Shown: positions 10,061-19,393 of the stretch, piece after piece | Position numbering within the stretch: position 1 is the stretch's first letter | How the letters are laid out: each line of letters begins with the position of its first letter | Assembly (NCBI GenBank): GCA_965248195.1 | Contig: CBDFIQ010000002.1 | Coordinates: forward strand, 2,240,001-2,304,000 | Reading direction: 5' to 3' | Origin: Longimicrobiales bacterium | GTDB taxonomy: Bacteria > Gemmatimonadota > Gemmatimonadetes > Longimicrobiales > Gaopeijiaceae | Length of the DNA: 64,000 bases | Position numbers and translations under genes: made by a program | Notes under the pieces: model-generated | Seen by the model: only the letters and a program-made list of their open reading frames with translations | Told to the model about the DNA's origin: nothing | Databases searched by the model: none

Positions 10061-11357
10061 GGCGATCCGGTTTGCCGGATCGGCACTGCTGATCTCGATC
10101 CTGCCGGCGGCGGTGGTCGGACAGGCTCGGCCGGTCGTATCCAATCAATTGGCAATTTCTCAAACCGAGGCTGCCCTGCACCTCGAGTTCGCCGATGACG
10201 GGACGCTCGAGATCGCGTTGAGGGACGGCTCCGTGATGATCGACGGCGAGGAGCGGGGGAGCTTCGAACAAGGCGACGCCCTCGACACCGCGTGGCGAGG
10301 CCTTCTGAGCGAGATCGTCTCACTCTCGGACGGCCCATTGAGTGAGGCCCTTCGGATTTGGGAGGCTCCCTCTTCGCTGGAGGAGGGAGCGTTGCAGCTG
10401 GCCCAGCTGCTCGATCGCACGCTGGAAGATGCCCTGGAGTCCGACAACGTCTCGGCCTCCGCCGACCCGGAACCGGCGGTCGTGATCGACGCAACGGACC
10501 CGGATCTCAGTCTGAGCCTCCAGGAACTGGCGGACCTATCGGACCGCATCAGACTGGAGATGCGAGAGGAGCTCCGAAGTGAGCTTCGTGACGAACTACG
10601 CCGAGAGCTCAGAAACGCTGGAGAAGAGAGTCGAGGCTACCGGCCCCTGCGTGCGCTCGGGCATGGGATCACGGAGATCATGGGGGGCGTGATCACGTTT
10701 CTGCTTCTTTCTCTGCTCGCGTTGGGAGCCGTGTACTTCGCGAAGGATAACCTCGAAATCGTGGCCGACACGGCGCTGAGGAACCCCATGCGGGCTGGTA
10801 TGGTCGGACTCGCCGGTGCCTTCCTGGTTCTGCCAACCTGGATACTGGGCTGTGTAGCGCTGGTAGCGTCGGTGGTGGGCATCATCGCTCTGCCCTTCTG
10901 GCTATTACTTTTTCCAGTTGCCGTAACGTTGGGAGCTGGGCTCGGCTATTTGTCCGTTGCGAGAAACGTCGGTGAATGGGTGGCCTCCAGGAACATCCGC
11001 AGCCTCGAATGGCTCCGGCCGACCAACACGTTCTACGCGGTCACCGCGGGGATCGGGGCTCTGCTCGCGTTCCCCGTCGCGGCCAGCATCCTCGACATCG
11101 TGCCGTTCTTAGGATTCTTCAGCGGGCTCCTCGCCACGCTCGGGACCATGGCCATTGTGGCCACGTTGCTGATCGGATTCGGAGCGGTGCTGCTGACCCG
11201 GGGCGGACGCCAGACGGATTTCTACCGTGGCGACGATCCCCTCGGGGGCGAGAGATGGGACGACGAGAGTATGTCGGAGGAGGTCCTCGACGCTGAGGAG
11301 TTTCCTGATGAAACCAAGGCGGAGGGAACAAAAACGGGAGATCAGGACGATGCCTAA
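10032..11357 (+). CDS. Hypothetical membrane protein (signal peptide, acidic extracytoplasmic part, multi-TM C-terminus)
   Basis: 441 aa ORF overlapping both neighbours; about 5-6 hydrophobic helices in the C-terminal half. Confidence 0.75.
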   Translation: MENMPEHLFKAIRFAGSALLISILPAAVVGQARPVVSNQLAISQTEAALHLEFADDGTLEIALRDGSVMIDGEERGSFEQGDALDTAWRGLLSEIVSLSDGPLSEALRIWEAPSSLEEGALQLAQLLDRTLEDALESDNVSASADPEPAVVIDATDPDLSLSLQELADLSDRIRLEMREELRSELRDELRRELRNAGEESRGYRPLRALGHGITEIMGGVITFLLLSLLALGAVYFAKDNLEIVADTALRNPMRAGMVGLAGAFLVLPTWILGCVALVASVVGIIALPFWLLLFPVAVTLGAGLGYLSVARNVGEWVASRNIRSLEWLRPTNTFYAVTAGIGALLAFPVAASILDIVPFLGFFSGLLATLGTMAIVATLLIGFGAVLLTRGGRQTDFYRGDDPLGGERWDDESMSEEVLDAEEFPDETKAEGTKTGDQDDA

Positions 11358-12195
11358 AGGCGTCTCGAGATGGACAGGGGTGGCCTTGGTTCTGGGCCTG
11401 AGCGTCGTAGATGCAGCCAGCGGGCAGAATCGGCGGACGGTCACCATGTCCAGGCAGGTGGAGGACGAGCAAAACCTAGAGGTGAACGTCGAGTACGCGG
11501 CGGGCCGGTTCTCGGTCGGCCCCGCAGGGGCCGGAGTCCTCTACCACATGCAGATCGAGTACGACGAAGGCGTCTCCGAGCCGCTCGCCGAATATCGGGG
11601 CTCTTCGCTGCGGATCGGAGTGGAGAGTCTCGGCCGGCGAGTCCGGCTGGGGGGAGACCGGGCCGGCACGATGGAGCTGGCGCTCTCCCGGGACGTGGCG
11701 ATGGACCTGAACATGGACTTCGGCGCAGTCCGGGCGGAAATCGACCTCGGGGGTATCCCGCTCACTCGCCTGGAGATCAATACCGGGGCGTCGCAGACCC
11801 TCATAGACATCTCGCAGCCGAACCCTGAAACGATGTCCCAGGCCAGCATGGACGTTGGAGCGGCTGAATTCACGGTGCGGAATCTGGGGAATTTGAATAC
11901 CTCAGAGATCGAGATCGACGCCGGAATAGGAGACATAGAACTGGGCTTCACCGGTGAGTGGCAGCAGAACGCGCGAGTGTCGGTAGACATGGGACTCGGG
12001 TCGTTGGTGCTGCGCTTTCCGAGAGGTCTCGGTGTCCGGCTCGAGAAGGACACGTTCTTCACGTCGCTCGATTCCGAGGGCCTCGTCAAGCAAGGCGACA
12101 CATACTACTCGTTGGACTATGACGAGGCCGAGTACCAGATTATTATCGATGTCGACGCCGCATTCGGAAGCATCCGCGTCGCCTGGGTGGATTGA
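11350..12195 (+). CDS. Exported toast-rack/LiaF-like (DUF2154/DUF4097-like) beta-repeat protein
   Basis: Signal peptide, then repeated 'L.ID.G.G...L' units (MDFGAV, INTGAS, MDVGAA, IDAGIG, VDMGLG, VDAAFG). Confidence 0.7.
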   Translation: MPKGVSRWTGVALVLGLSVVDAASGQNRRTVTMSRQVEDEQNLEVNVEYAAGRFSVGPAGAGVLYHMQIEYDEGVSEPLAEYRGSSLRIGVESLGRRVRLGGDRAGTMELALSRDVAMDLNMDFGAVRAEIDLGGIPLTRLEINTGASQTLIDISQPNPETMSQASMDVGAAEFTVRNLGNLNTSEIEIDAGIGDIELGFTGEWQQNARVSVDMGLGSLVLRFPRGLGVRLEKDTFFTSLDSEGLVKQGDTYYSLDYDEAEYQIIIDVDAAFGSIRVAWVD

Positions 12196-12248
12196 TCAGT
12201 GCTGTGTTGTAGAAGTTCGCGAGCCGTACGCTTCTGGAACACCACGCA

Positions 12249-12500
12249 ATGGAGGCAAGAGAGATGATTGGTACGCTGCTCACCTTCTTCGCTGTCGGTC
12301 TCGCGACCCTGATCGTGGCGGGAATCGTGCTCTCTGTTCTGGGCACCGTGCTTTCGATCGGATTCGGCCTAGCGACTTTCCTAATGTTCAAGGTCGCGCC
12401 GATCCTACTGGTCGGGTGGGTGGTCCTGAAGGTGATCGACAAACGCTCGAATAGTGGGAGCCTCTCGGCGGCGGATCGTCGTTGGCTAGAAGGCGACTAA
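12249..12500 (+). CDS. Small hydrophobic membrane protein
   Basis: 83 aa, two long hydrophobic segments; start could be ATG 12264. Confidence 0.7.
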   Translation: MEAREMIGTLLTFFAVGLATLIVAGIVLSVLGTVLSIGFGLATFLMFKVAPILLVGWVVLKVIDKRSNSGSLSAADRRWLEGD

Positions 12501-12538
12501 GGCGGCAAAAACGTAGGAAGGGACGTAGGAACCAATCC

Positions 12539-13678
12539 CTAGCTCGTCTGCGCCGGCGTCAGCGCCTCGGCTACCGTATCGGCGATTCCCCGTAGAGCCA
12601 CCCCCGCGCCTGAGTCCGGCGCGGACAGAACCGTCGGCGCGCCTTCGTCTCCCGCCGACCTCACCGCCGGATCTAGGGGCACCCGCCCGAGCAAGGGAAG
12701 CTCCATCTCCTCGGCGAGACTCTCCCCTCCTCCGCTTCCGAAGATGTCGATCTCTTCATCACAGTGGGGACACACGAAGCCCGACATGTTCTCCACGATG
12801 CCCAGAACCGAGGTGTTCACTCGTTCGAACATCTTGATTCCGCGGCGTACGTCACCGGTGGCCACGTCCTGCGGCGTTGTGACCATCACGACTCCATCGA
12901 CGTCGATGGTCTGCACCAGGGAGAGCTGCGCATCACCCGTGCCGGGAGGCATGTCGACCACCATCACGTCGAGATCTCCCCAGGTGACCTGCTCCAGAAA
13001 CTGCTTGATGATCCCTGTGATGAGGGGGCCACGCATGATCGCGGGCTGCTCCTTATCGAGAAGGAAACCGATACTCATCAGGCGAACACCGTGCGCCTCC
13101 ATCGGCTCGATCATCTCCTGGCCCTTGGCCCCCGACACGCCGGGCCGGCCCTCGGCTCCGAACATCACCGGGATATTCGGTCCGTAGATGTCGGCGTCCA
13201 GAAGGCCCACCCTCTTCCCAGTAGCGGCGAAGGCAGCCGCCAAGTTGGTCGCCACCATGGACTTGCCGACACCCCCCTTTCCCGAACTCACGGCCACGAC
13301 GCGCGTATTCTCACCCAGGATGCCGGATTTTGGAGTCGGGGCAGGCACGACGCCGGGGCCTCGCCCGGGGCCTCGCCCGGAGACGGAGGAGGGCGGGGCC
13401 CCCGGAGCTCGTGGCCCGTCCCCGCCCCCAGACTGCGGTAGGGTGACATTGATCTTCACAGTGCCGACTTCGTCGAGCGCCTCCACGGCGCCCCGGGCCT
13501 CCCGTACGAGCCCCCCAGGATCGTCCGCCTGAATGCCGAACGAAAAGCGGACGTCACCGGTCTCACCGACTTCCAGACCCTGGACATGCCCACTCTCCAC
13601 GACATCACGGCCGGTCTCGGGATGACGCACGCCGGCCAAGGCCTGGAGAACACGCCCCCGGAGATCCCGGTCACTCAT
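12539..13678 (-). CDS. mrp: Mrp/ApbC/NBP35 Fe-S cluster carrier ATPase
   Basis: N-terminal DUF59-like domain, GKGGVGKS, DADIYGP, DMPPGTGD, ENMS..CPHC. Confidence 0.93.
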   Translation of the reverse strand: MSDRDLRGRVLQALAGVRHPETGRDVVESGHVQGLEVGETGDVRFSFGIQADDPGGLVREARGAVEALDEVGTVKINVTLPQSGGGDGPRAPGAPPSSVSGRGPGRGPGVVPAPTPKSGILGENTRVVAVSSGKGGVGKSMVATNLAAAFAATGKRVGLLDADIYGPNIPVMFGAEGRPGVSGAKGQEMIEPMEAHGVRLMSIGFLLDKEQPAIMRGPLITGIIKQFLEQVTWGDLDVMVVDMPPGTGDAQLSLVQTIDVDGVVMVTTPQDVATGDVRRGIKMFERVNTSVLGIVENMSGFVCPHCDEEIDIFGSGGGESLAEEMELPLLGRVPLDPAVRSAGDEGAPTVLSAPDSGAGVALRGIADTVAEALTPAQTS

Positions 13679-13750
13679 TTCGACTCCTCCATGAAGTACT
13701 GACTCGCGCCACCGGATCGGACGGAATCGGCGCGCGGGACGACGAGCAGC

Positions 13751-13780
13751 AAAAAAAGGGGCGCCCCCTGGGGTGGCGCC
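13751..13780 (-). terminator. Putative intrinsic terminator between the nfu-like gene and mrp
   Basis: Minus strand GGCGCC-accccaggg-GGCGCC-cc-TTTTTTT. Confidence 0.55.
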
Positions 13781-13837
13781 GGTCGGGAGGACGAGCTCCC
13801 CGCGTAAAATATACGGCCTGTCAGTCCGCCAGGGGCT

Positions 13838-14074
13838 TCAAACCGCCTGCACCTCCCTGATGCCCGGAACACTGCTCTTGAGGCGCCGTTCGATCCCCTC
13901 CTTCAGCGTCATCATGGAGATCGGGCAATCCTCGCACGCACCAAGCAGGCGAAGCTCGACCACGCCGCCCTCCTCAATGAAGCGCAGAAACTCGACACCC
14001 CCTCCATCCGCCTTTAGCGCAGGGCGTATCGACTCCAGGATATCCTCGATCTTTGTCTCAATGGTGTTCGGCAC
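13838..14074 (-). CDS. NifU C-terminal/NfuA-like Fe-S scaffold protein
   Basis: IRPALKADGGGVE..LLGACEDCPISMMTLKEGIE (Nfu CxxC); start uncertain. Confidence 0.88.
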   Translation of the reverse strand: MPNTIETKIEDILESIRPALKADGGGVEFLRFIEEGGVVELRLLGACEDCPISMMTLKEGIERRLKSSVPGIREVQAV

Positions 14075-14270
14075 GAGAACACGTCCGTGATCGGATGCTT
14101 CAAGCCCGTGAAAAATCTTGGCATTTTTACTACACGAGTCAACCGGAAGACGATATATTGACAACTATGGGAGAATCTCTGGAACGCTTGCGTTCTGGGG
14201 ATAGTAAGCGAACGCTCTGTGAGACACATGTTTCAGACTCCCGTGCCCTGTCGGTGAGGGCTCCGGAGCC

Positions 14271-16676
14271 ATGCTGAGAGGAAAGCACGTGCAAGAAGAG
14301 TTGGCATCCGCCCGCCCCAATGATCCCCCGCTAGTCGGCGCGTCACCGCACATCGCCGACTACTGGCAGGTGATCTCCCGCCGCCTCTGGCTGGTCGTGC
14401 TGATTTTCGGGGTTACGACGGCCTCAGCCATCTGGGCCGCATCCCAGCAGCGCACGATCTACGAGACCCGCAACTCCATTCAGATCAACGATCCACTCGA
14501 GATCACCCGGGGGCTCAGCAGTCCATCGATGCGCGTGAGCGGCCTCAACATTTATGTGGATCCGAACGAGTCAGAGATTCAGGTTTTGACCTCGGCCCAG
14601 GTCGCCCGGCAAGTGATCGACGAGCTTGCAATGCGGGTGCTCCCGGAAAATACCAACCTGACCCGCTCTGAGCTGTTTCTCGATGCCTGGATGGATCCGG
14701 ATATGCCCGACGGTCCTCTGCAACTCGTATACGATGAAGAAGGCGTTCAGGCTCGGATTCTGGACACGGCTGGTAGGGAACTCGCCGCAGGCCCGGTCGG
14801 CACAGTGCTCGACATTGGGCTGTTTCGGCTGACCCCTCAACCGCCGCCCAACGAGGCCCGGAGCTTCGGACTCGTGATTTATCCGGCCAGTCAAGTCACT
14901 GGTGAAGTTCAAGGCAGGTTGGCGGCCCGGCCTCGCGAAAGGACGAACATCGTTTCCCTGAGCTACCGGGGGCCCGACCCGATCCTCGCGCCGAGGATCC
15001 TCAATGGAGCGACGGCCGCACTGCAGGGCTTCGGACGCGATAGGGTGAGAGACCGAGCCCGACGGGAGCTCGATTTCATCGAGCAACGCCTGGACAGTGC
15101 AATGACACTCCTCCGGGAGTCCTCCCGAGAAATCCGGAGCTTCAAGGAGAGCGCCGAATTTACGAACCTCACGATTCAAGAGCAGCAGCTCCTCGATAAC
15201 TTTCAACGCACCGACGAGCGCATGCAGGCGCTCATCCAACAGGAGGACGTGCTCCAGGATCTCACCGTGAACCTTGAAGCATCGGGTGTCGAGGGTGTGG
15301 ACCTGGTGGCTTTCCTGGCTGCGCTCCCGCCGGGAGTAAACCCACAAATCCGAGGCATCGCGGATGATATCCGGGGACGGAGGAACGAGGTTCAGGTTCT
15401 CATCACCGAGGAGGGGAGGACCGAAGACCATCCTCAGGTAAGAGCCATCCGGGCACAGCTCGCGACGAGAGAAAATGAACTACGGTCCGCCGTCGGGGAA
15501 AACCTGGTGGTGTTGAGTGGGCAAATCGAAGACGAGCAGAGCCAGCTCAACCAGATTCGGGCAGATCAGGCCAACTTTCCCGGACTCGAAAATCAACTCG
15601 ATGAGTTGAACATCCAGTTGGGGCTCGATCAGGAAAACGTACGGTTCCTGACCTCGCAACAGTATCAGGCCCAAATCACCTCGGCCGCGGCTTCTGCCTA
15701 CGTCACTGTCGTCGACTCGGCCGGTGCCGCCTACCCCGTGACTACAGCGGGTCAAACCAACCTGTTGTTGGGCGCAATACTCGGGCTGATTCTCGGTGTC
15801 GGCGCAGTGTTCTTCCTCGAATACCTCGACCGAACCGTACGTACCAGCGCCGACGTGGAGATGCTTCTGGGTATCCCGGTCCTGGGCGTTATCCCGCGGC
15901 TTCGCAAGAGCCCGGCGGAGTCCAAGGCGGAGGACCGCGATTCCAATCTCCCGTTGTTGGTCGCACTCGACCCCCTCGATCCCGCCGCCGAAGCCTACCG
16001 GAACCTCCGCATGAACCTCATGTTCATGAACACGGAGGATAAGCCGATCAGGACGCTGCTCATCTCGAGCCCCGGTCCTAGCGAAGGGAAATCCACGACG
16101 TCGATCAACTTCGCTGCCATGCTCGCACAACAGGGGGGACGGGTCCTGCTGGTAGACGCCGACATCCGGCGGCCGGCGCTCCATCGGGCCCTGGACGTGC
16201 TCCGGGAGCCCGGTTTGACCGATCTTGTGATCGGGGACGCCTCGATCCGCGAGGCAGTTCGGCCGAATGTGCTGCCCAATCTGGACGTTTTGCCGAGCGG
16301 TCCCTTTCCACCGAATCCATCTGAACTGTTGAATTCAAAGAAAATGCAGCAGCTCCTCAAGGATTTCGAGGGGACCTACAACCACATCATTCTCGACAGC
16401 CCGCCTATTCTCGTGGTCTCTGATTCTGCCATCCTGGGGACACATACCGATGGCCTGGTTTTGGTGCTCCGCTCAGGGGAGACCGAACAGAGAGCGGCTG
16501 AGAGAGCAGTCGATCAGGTTCGCCGGATCGGGGTCCGGGTCTTTGGAGCGGTGCTCAACGAAGTGGCATCCTCGACCGTGGAGGAGAGCTACTACATGCA
16601 GTACCACTACAGCTACCACCCGAAGCAGCGCACGGGGTGGGAGAAGCTGGTTCGTTCCCTTCAAAGGACCTCATAG
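14271..16676 (+). CDS. Wzc-like polysaccharide co-polymerase / BY-kinase
   Basis: Wzz-like N-terminal TM, coiled coil, second TM, AEAYRNLR, Walker A PSEGKST, LVDADIRRP, ILDSPP, C-terminal Tyr cluster YYMQYHYSY. Confidence 0.92.
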   Translation: MLRGKHVQEELASARPNDPPLVGASPHIADYWQVISRRLWLVVLIFGVTTASAIWAASQQRTIYETRNSIQINDPLEITRGLSSPSMRVSGLNIYVDPNESEIQVLTSAQVARQVIDELAMRVLPENTNLTRSELFLDAWMDPDMPDGPLQLVYDEEGVQARILDTAGRELAAGPVGTVLDIGLFRLTPQPPPNEARSFGLVIYPASQVTGEVQGRLAARPRERTNIVSLSYRGPDPILAPRILNGATAALQGFGRDRVRDRARRELDFIEQRLDSAMTLLRESSREIRSFKESAEFTNLTIQEQQLLDNFQRTDERMQALIQQEDVLQDLTVNLEASGVEGVDLVAFLAALPPGVNPQIRGIADDIRGRRNEVQVLITEEGRTEDHPQVRAIRAQLATRENELRSAVGENLVVLSGQIEDEQSQLNQIRADQANFPGLENQLDELNIQLGLDQENVRFLTSQQYQAQITSAAASAYVTVVDSAGAAYPVTTAGQTNLLLGAILGLILGVGAVFFLEYLDRTVRTSADVEMLLGIPVLGVIPRLRKSPAESKAEDRDSNLPLLVALDPLDPAAEAYRNLRMNLMFMNTEDKPIRTLLISSPGPSEGKSTTSINFAAMLAQQGGRVLLVDADIRRPALHRALDVLREPGLTDLVIGDASIREAVRPNVLPNLDVLPSGPFPPNPSELLNSKKMQQLLKDFEGTYNHIILDSPPILVVSDSAILGTHTDGLVLVLRSGETEQRAAERAVDQVRRIGVRVFGAVLNEVASSTVEESYYMQYHYSYHPKQRTGWEKLVRSLQRTS

Positions 16677-16727
16677 ACGGCGCCCACCGCTCCTTCTTCT
16701 CCACCGCCTTACCTCAGCACGCCGGCC

Positions 16728-17909
16728 TCACCTCAGCCCCTCTAGGGCCTGCCCGAAGTCCTCCTTGAGGTCCTCCACGTCTTCCAGGCCGACAGAAATC
16801 CGCACGAAGCCGTCCGGAATGCCCATGCCCGCCCGCATCGCCTCGGAAAAATGGATGTGGGAGGTGTGGCGTGGCTGCGAGACGAGCGTTTCGACACCCC
16901 CGAGGCTCGGCGCCATGAGAGCCAACTCCAAAGTGGCCGCAAAGGCATCGGCGGCGACGCCCCCGCCCTCGAGTTCGATGGAGAGCATTCCACCGAAACC
17001 CGACAGGATCTCCGACGCCACATCGTGGTCCGGATGCTCCCGTAATCCCGGATAGTGCACCTCGACCACACCCTCGCGACCGAGGAACCAGTGAGCCAGT
17101 TCCATGGCATTTTGGTTATGCTGGGCCACTCGCATCTGGAGGGTCTTGAGACCACGGTCCAACAACCACGCCATATGGGGATCGGGAGCGGGACCATACA
17201 GCTTCATCATGCTCCGGACCCGCTCGATGAGCTCACTCGATCCCGAGACGACACCCGCGACCAAATCCGAGTGTCCGCCTAGATATTTGGTGGCGCTGTG
17301 GATAACCGCACCCACTCCTAAGTCGGCGAAGCGGATGTTCACCGGGGACGCGAAGGTGGCGTCCACCGCCAGCAGAATGTCACGGTCTCGAGCGATCTCG
17401 ATGGGCGCCCGCGGGTCGAAAACCCGGAGTGTCGGGTTGGTAGGCACCTCCAGGAGGAGGACGCCGGTCTGGGGTGTCAAAGCCCGCTCCCAGTCCTCTT
17501 TGTTCTCGGGGTCGATCAGGGTGGTGGTGATGCCCCGTCTCGGCAGCTCGTCTTCCAGGAGCGTCCTCGTTGCCCCGTAGAGGTGCCGGGAAGAGACGAC
17601 GTGTCCCCCGTCGGGAAGGGCGGCGAGAATCGTCATCGTGATCGCCGACATACCGCTCGAAAGGAGCAACCCTGCCTCCGCGCCCTCGAGAGCGGCCATC
17701 TTCTCGCCTACGAGAGCCTGATTCGGATTGTTGCCGTACCGGGAATAGAGAAGCTGGGAAGCAGGCTCACCGGCCCCTCCGACAAACGTAGCGCTCTGAA
17801 CGACCGGCAGAACGACCGGGGCTCCAGGGACGGGCTCGGGCGAACCGGCATGAATTCCGATCGTGGCCGGACGGGGGCCCCCGCGTTCCCCACTCGCCTT
17901 CCCTTTCAT
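16728..17909 (-). CDS. Cys/Met metabolism PLP-dependent lyase (methionine gamma-lyase/cystathionine lyase-like)
   Basis: YSRYGNNPN, SSGMSAI, EVPTNP, SATKYLGGHSD, SLGGVETL, RISVGLE; start ATG 17909. Confidence 0.88.
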   Translation of the reverse strand: MKGKASGERGGPRPATIGIHAGSPEPVPGAPVVLPVVQSATFVGGAGEPASQLLYSRYGNNPNQALVGEKMAALEGAEAGLLLSSGMSAITMTILAALPDGGHVVSSRHLYGATRTLLEDELPRRGITTTLIDPENKEDWERALTPQTGVLLLEVPTNPTLRVFDPRAPIEIARDRDILLAVDATFASPVNIRFADLGVGAVIHSATKYLGGHSDLVAGVVSGSSELIERVRSMMKLYGPAPDPHMAWLLDRGLKTLQMRVAQHNQNAMELAHWFLGREGVVEVHYPGLREHPDHDVASEILSGFGGMLSIELEGGGVAADAFAATLELALMAPSLGGVETLVSQPRHTSHIHFSEAMRAGMGIPDGFVRISVGLEDVEDLKEDFGQALEGLR

Positions 17910-17922
17910 GCGGATCCCTCCC

Positions 17923-18507
17923 TCACGAGGTCGCCCCCACCAAGGCACTGAGCGCGTGATAGATGCCGTCGCCGGGGGGCGCGAATACGACGCGACGGAG
18001 CACGAGTTCATCGAGAGCCTCTCGATGATGGGACCCCGGAAACACCTCGGCCACCTCCGCCGCGACGATCTTGCCGCGCCCCTCGAGGACCGTCCAAACG
18101 TACTCCTCCTCCTCCGTCCGCGTTCCCATGAGTGTACAGCACCCGTCACTGCCTTGCGCCACCGCAAGGAGCTCCTGCCGCTCCAACACGGTCTGGATCG
18201 GTTCCTGTAGGCTCTGGCGCACGCCCCGAAAGACGAAGAGGGCATCCACGGGCCGGTCTTCTTCGAGGAATCGCATCAGGAGCTTCGCCACGATCTCGTC
18301 TGCGCAAGAGAAATCCATGACGGTCACGTCCGAAAGGTCGATCAAGGAAAGAGCCGTTCGCGAACTCCCAGCGACCTCCTCTTCGATGGCGAGACGAACC
18401 GCGCGGCCTGTGGGCCGTGTCACCAGGTGAGAATAGAGAGATTCGACAGAGCTACGTAAGACGCGTCCCACGTCGATGGAGATAGGCTCGACCCCTGGCT
18501 CAATCAT
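17923..18507 (-). CDS. STAS-like (DUF4325-like) domain plus C-terminal winged-helix protein
   Basis: LVTRPTGRAVR..IDLSDVTVMDFSCADEIVAKL; C-terminal helix-turn-helix-like segment; start overlaps the upstream stop. Confidence 0.65.
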   Translation of the reverse strand: MIEPGVEPISIDVGRVLRSSVESLYSHLVTRPTGRAVRLAIEEEVAGSSRTALSLIDLSDVTVMDFSCADEIVAKLLMRFLEEDRPVDALFVFRGVRQSLQEPIQTVLERQELLAVAQGSDGCCTLMGTRTEEEEYVWTVLEGRGKIVAAEVAEVFPGSHHREALDELVLRRVVFAPPGDGIYHALSALVGATS

Positions 18508-19393
18508 GATCGTCGACCCGCTCCGGCAGGACGATGTTGATTTGTGTACCCGGAAAATCCGAAAGCCCCTCCTCCAGGGGTGGCGCATCGAACCACTTCG
18601 GGACGTCAGCGATGCGCACGGTCCCGCTACGTATAGAGATCAGGCCATCCCAACGACGAACCTGCTTCCGAATCTGTTGAATGCCCTGCCCCCGTCCCGA
18701 GTCCGGGAAGCGCGTAAGGCCATGAATGAACGCCGCTTCCAGCGCAGTCACATCCCCCCACCGATCGGCAAACCGTGCTGAGTGCTCGTCGGAAAGAGAC
18801 CCGCGGAATCCCCTTCCGAGATCGACAACCGAAATGATGACCACGTGCCGGCCCAGGCGCTTCGACCAGTTGTAGGACTGGGCGGCGACCCAACCCGGAG
18901 CCTCGGCATGTTCGAGAATGTTTTGGCAGACCTCACTCAGGATCACGCTGAACTGCACGACCGAGCTCTGCGGATGGCCTAGGGTATTGGAAAGGATCGC
19001 GCCCGCCCGTTTCTGAACGCGTTCCACCACATCATGGACGTCGCTGTTCGTCGTGATGGGCGTGATCTCCAGGAGGACGTCGGACTCCCCCGGCGAACGC
19101 CGGGGGAAGGGCGTCCCCGCCGCGAAAATGCCCTCGGCCGCCTGGAAGAAGCCCATGCGGCCCAAGTAGCTCTTGACGTCGCCCGCAGCGCCCAGTTCCA
19201 GAACTGCTGCCTCACCGCTTCGGTCCCGCCCGACGGAGCCGGCCGCAAGGAGGCCCACCATACCGTTGGGACCGACCCAGCGGAGGTGCCGTCCATCGAA
19301 AAGGACCTTCTCGCTCCCGGCCTCCACAACCTCGGCAAAAAGCGCATCGAGCGTCTGGAAGTCCAAGGATGCCGGGAGGTCGATGACCCTCAT
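18500..19393 (-). CDS. STAS-like domain plus HATPase_c (anti-sigma/serine kinase-like) protein
   Basis: N-terminal STAS-like region (VLFDGRHLRWVGPNG..YLGRMGF); GHKL boxes SEVCQNILEHA, DLGRGF, GRGQGI; ATG overlaps the lepA TGA. Confidence 0.75.
   Translation of the reverse strand: MRVIDLPASLDFQTLDALFAEVVEAGSEKVLFDGRHLRWVGPNGMVGLLAAGSVGRDRSGEAAVLELGAAGDVKSYLGRMGFFQAAEGIFAAGTPFPRRSPGESDVLLEITPITTNSDVHDVVERVQKRAGAILSNTLGHPQSSVVQFSVILSEVCQNILEHAEAPGWVAAQSYNWSKRLGRHVVIISVVDLGRGFRGSLSDEHSARFADRWGDVTALEAAFIHGLTRFPDSGRGQGIQQIRKQVRRWDGLISIRSGTVRIADVPKWFDAPPLEEGLSDFPGTQINIVLPERVDDHD

Noticed and set aside
13353..13380. 12-bp tandem repeat in mrp
   Set aside because: Trivial GRGP duplication in a disordered linker
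72..17909. Two Cys/Met PLP enzymes as a recent duplication
   Set aside because: The sequences are clearly divergent, and multiple paralogues of this family are ordinary
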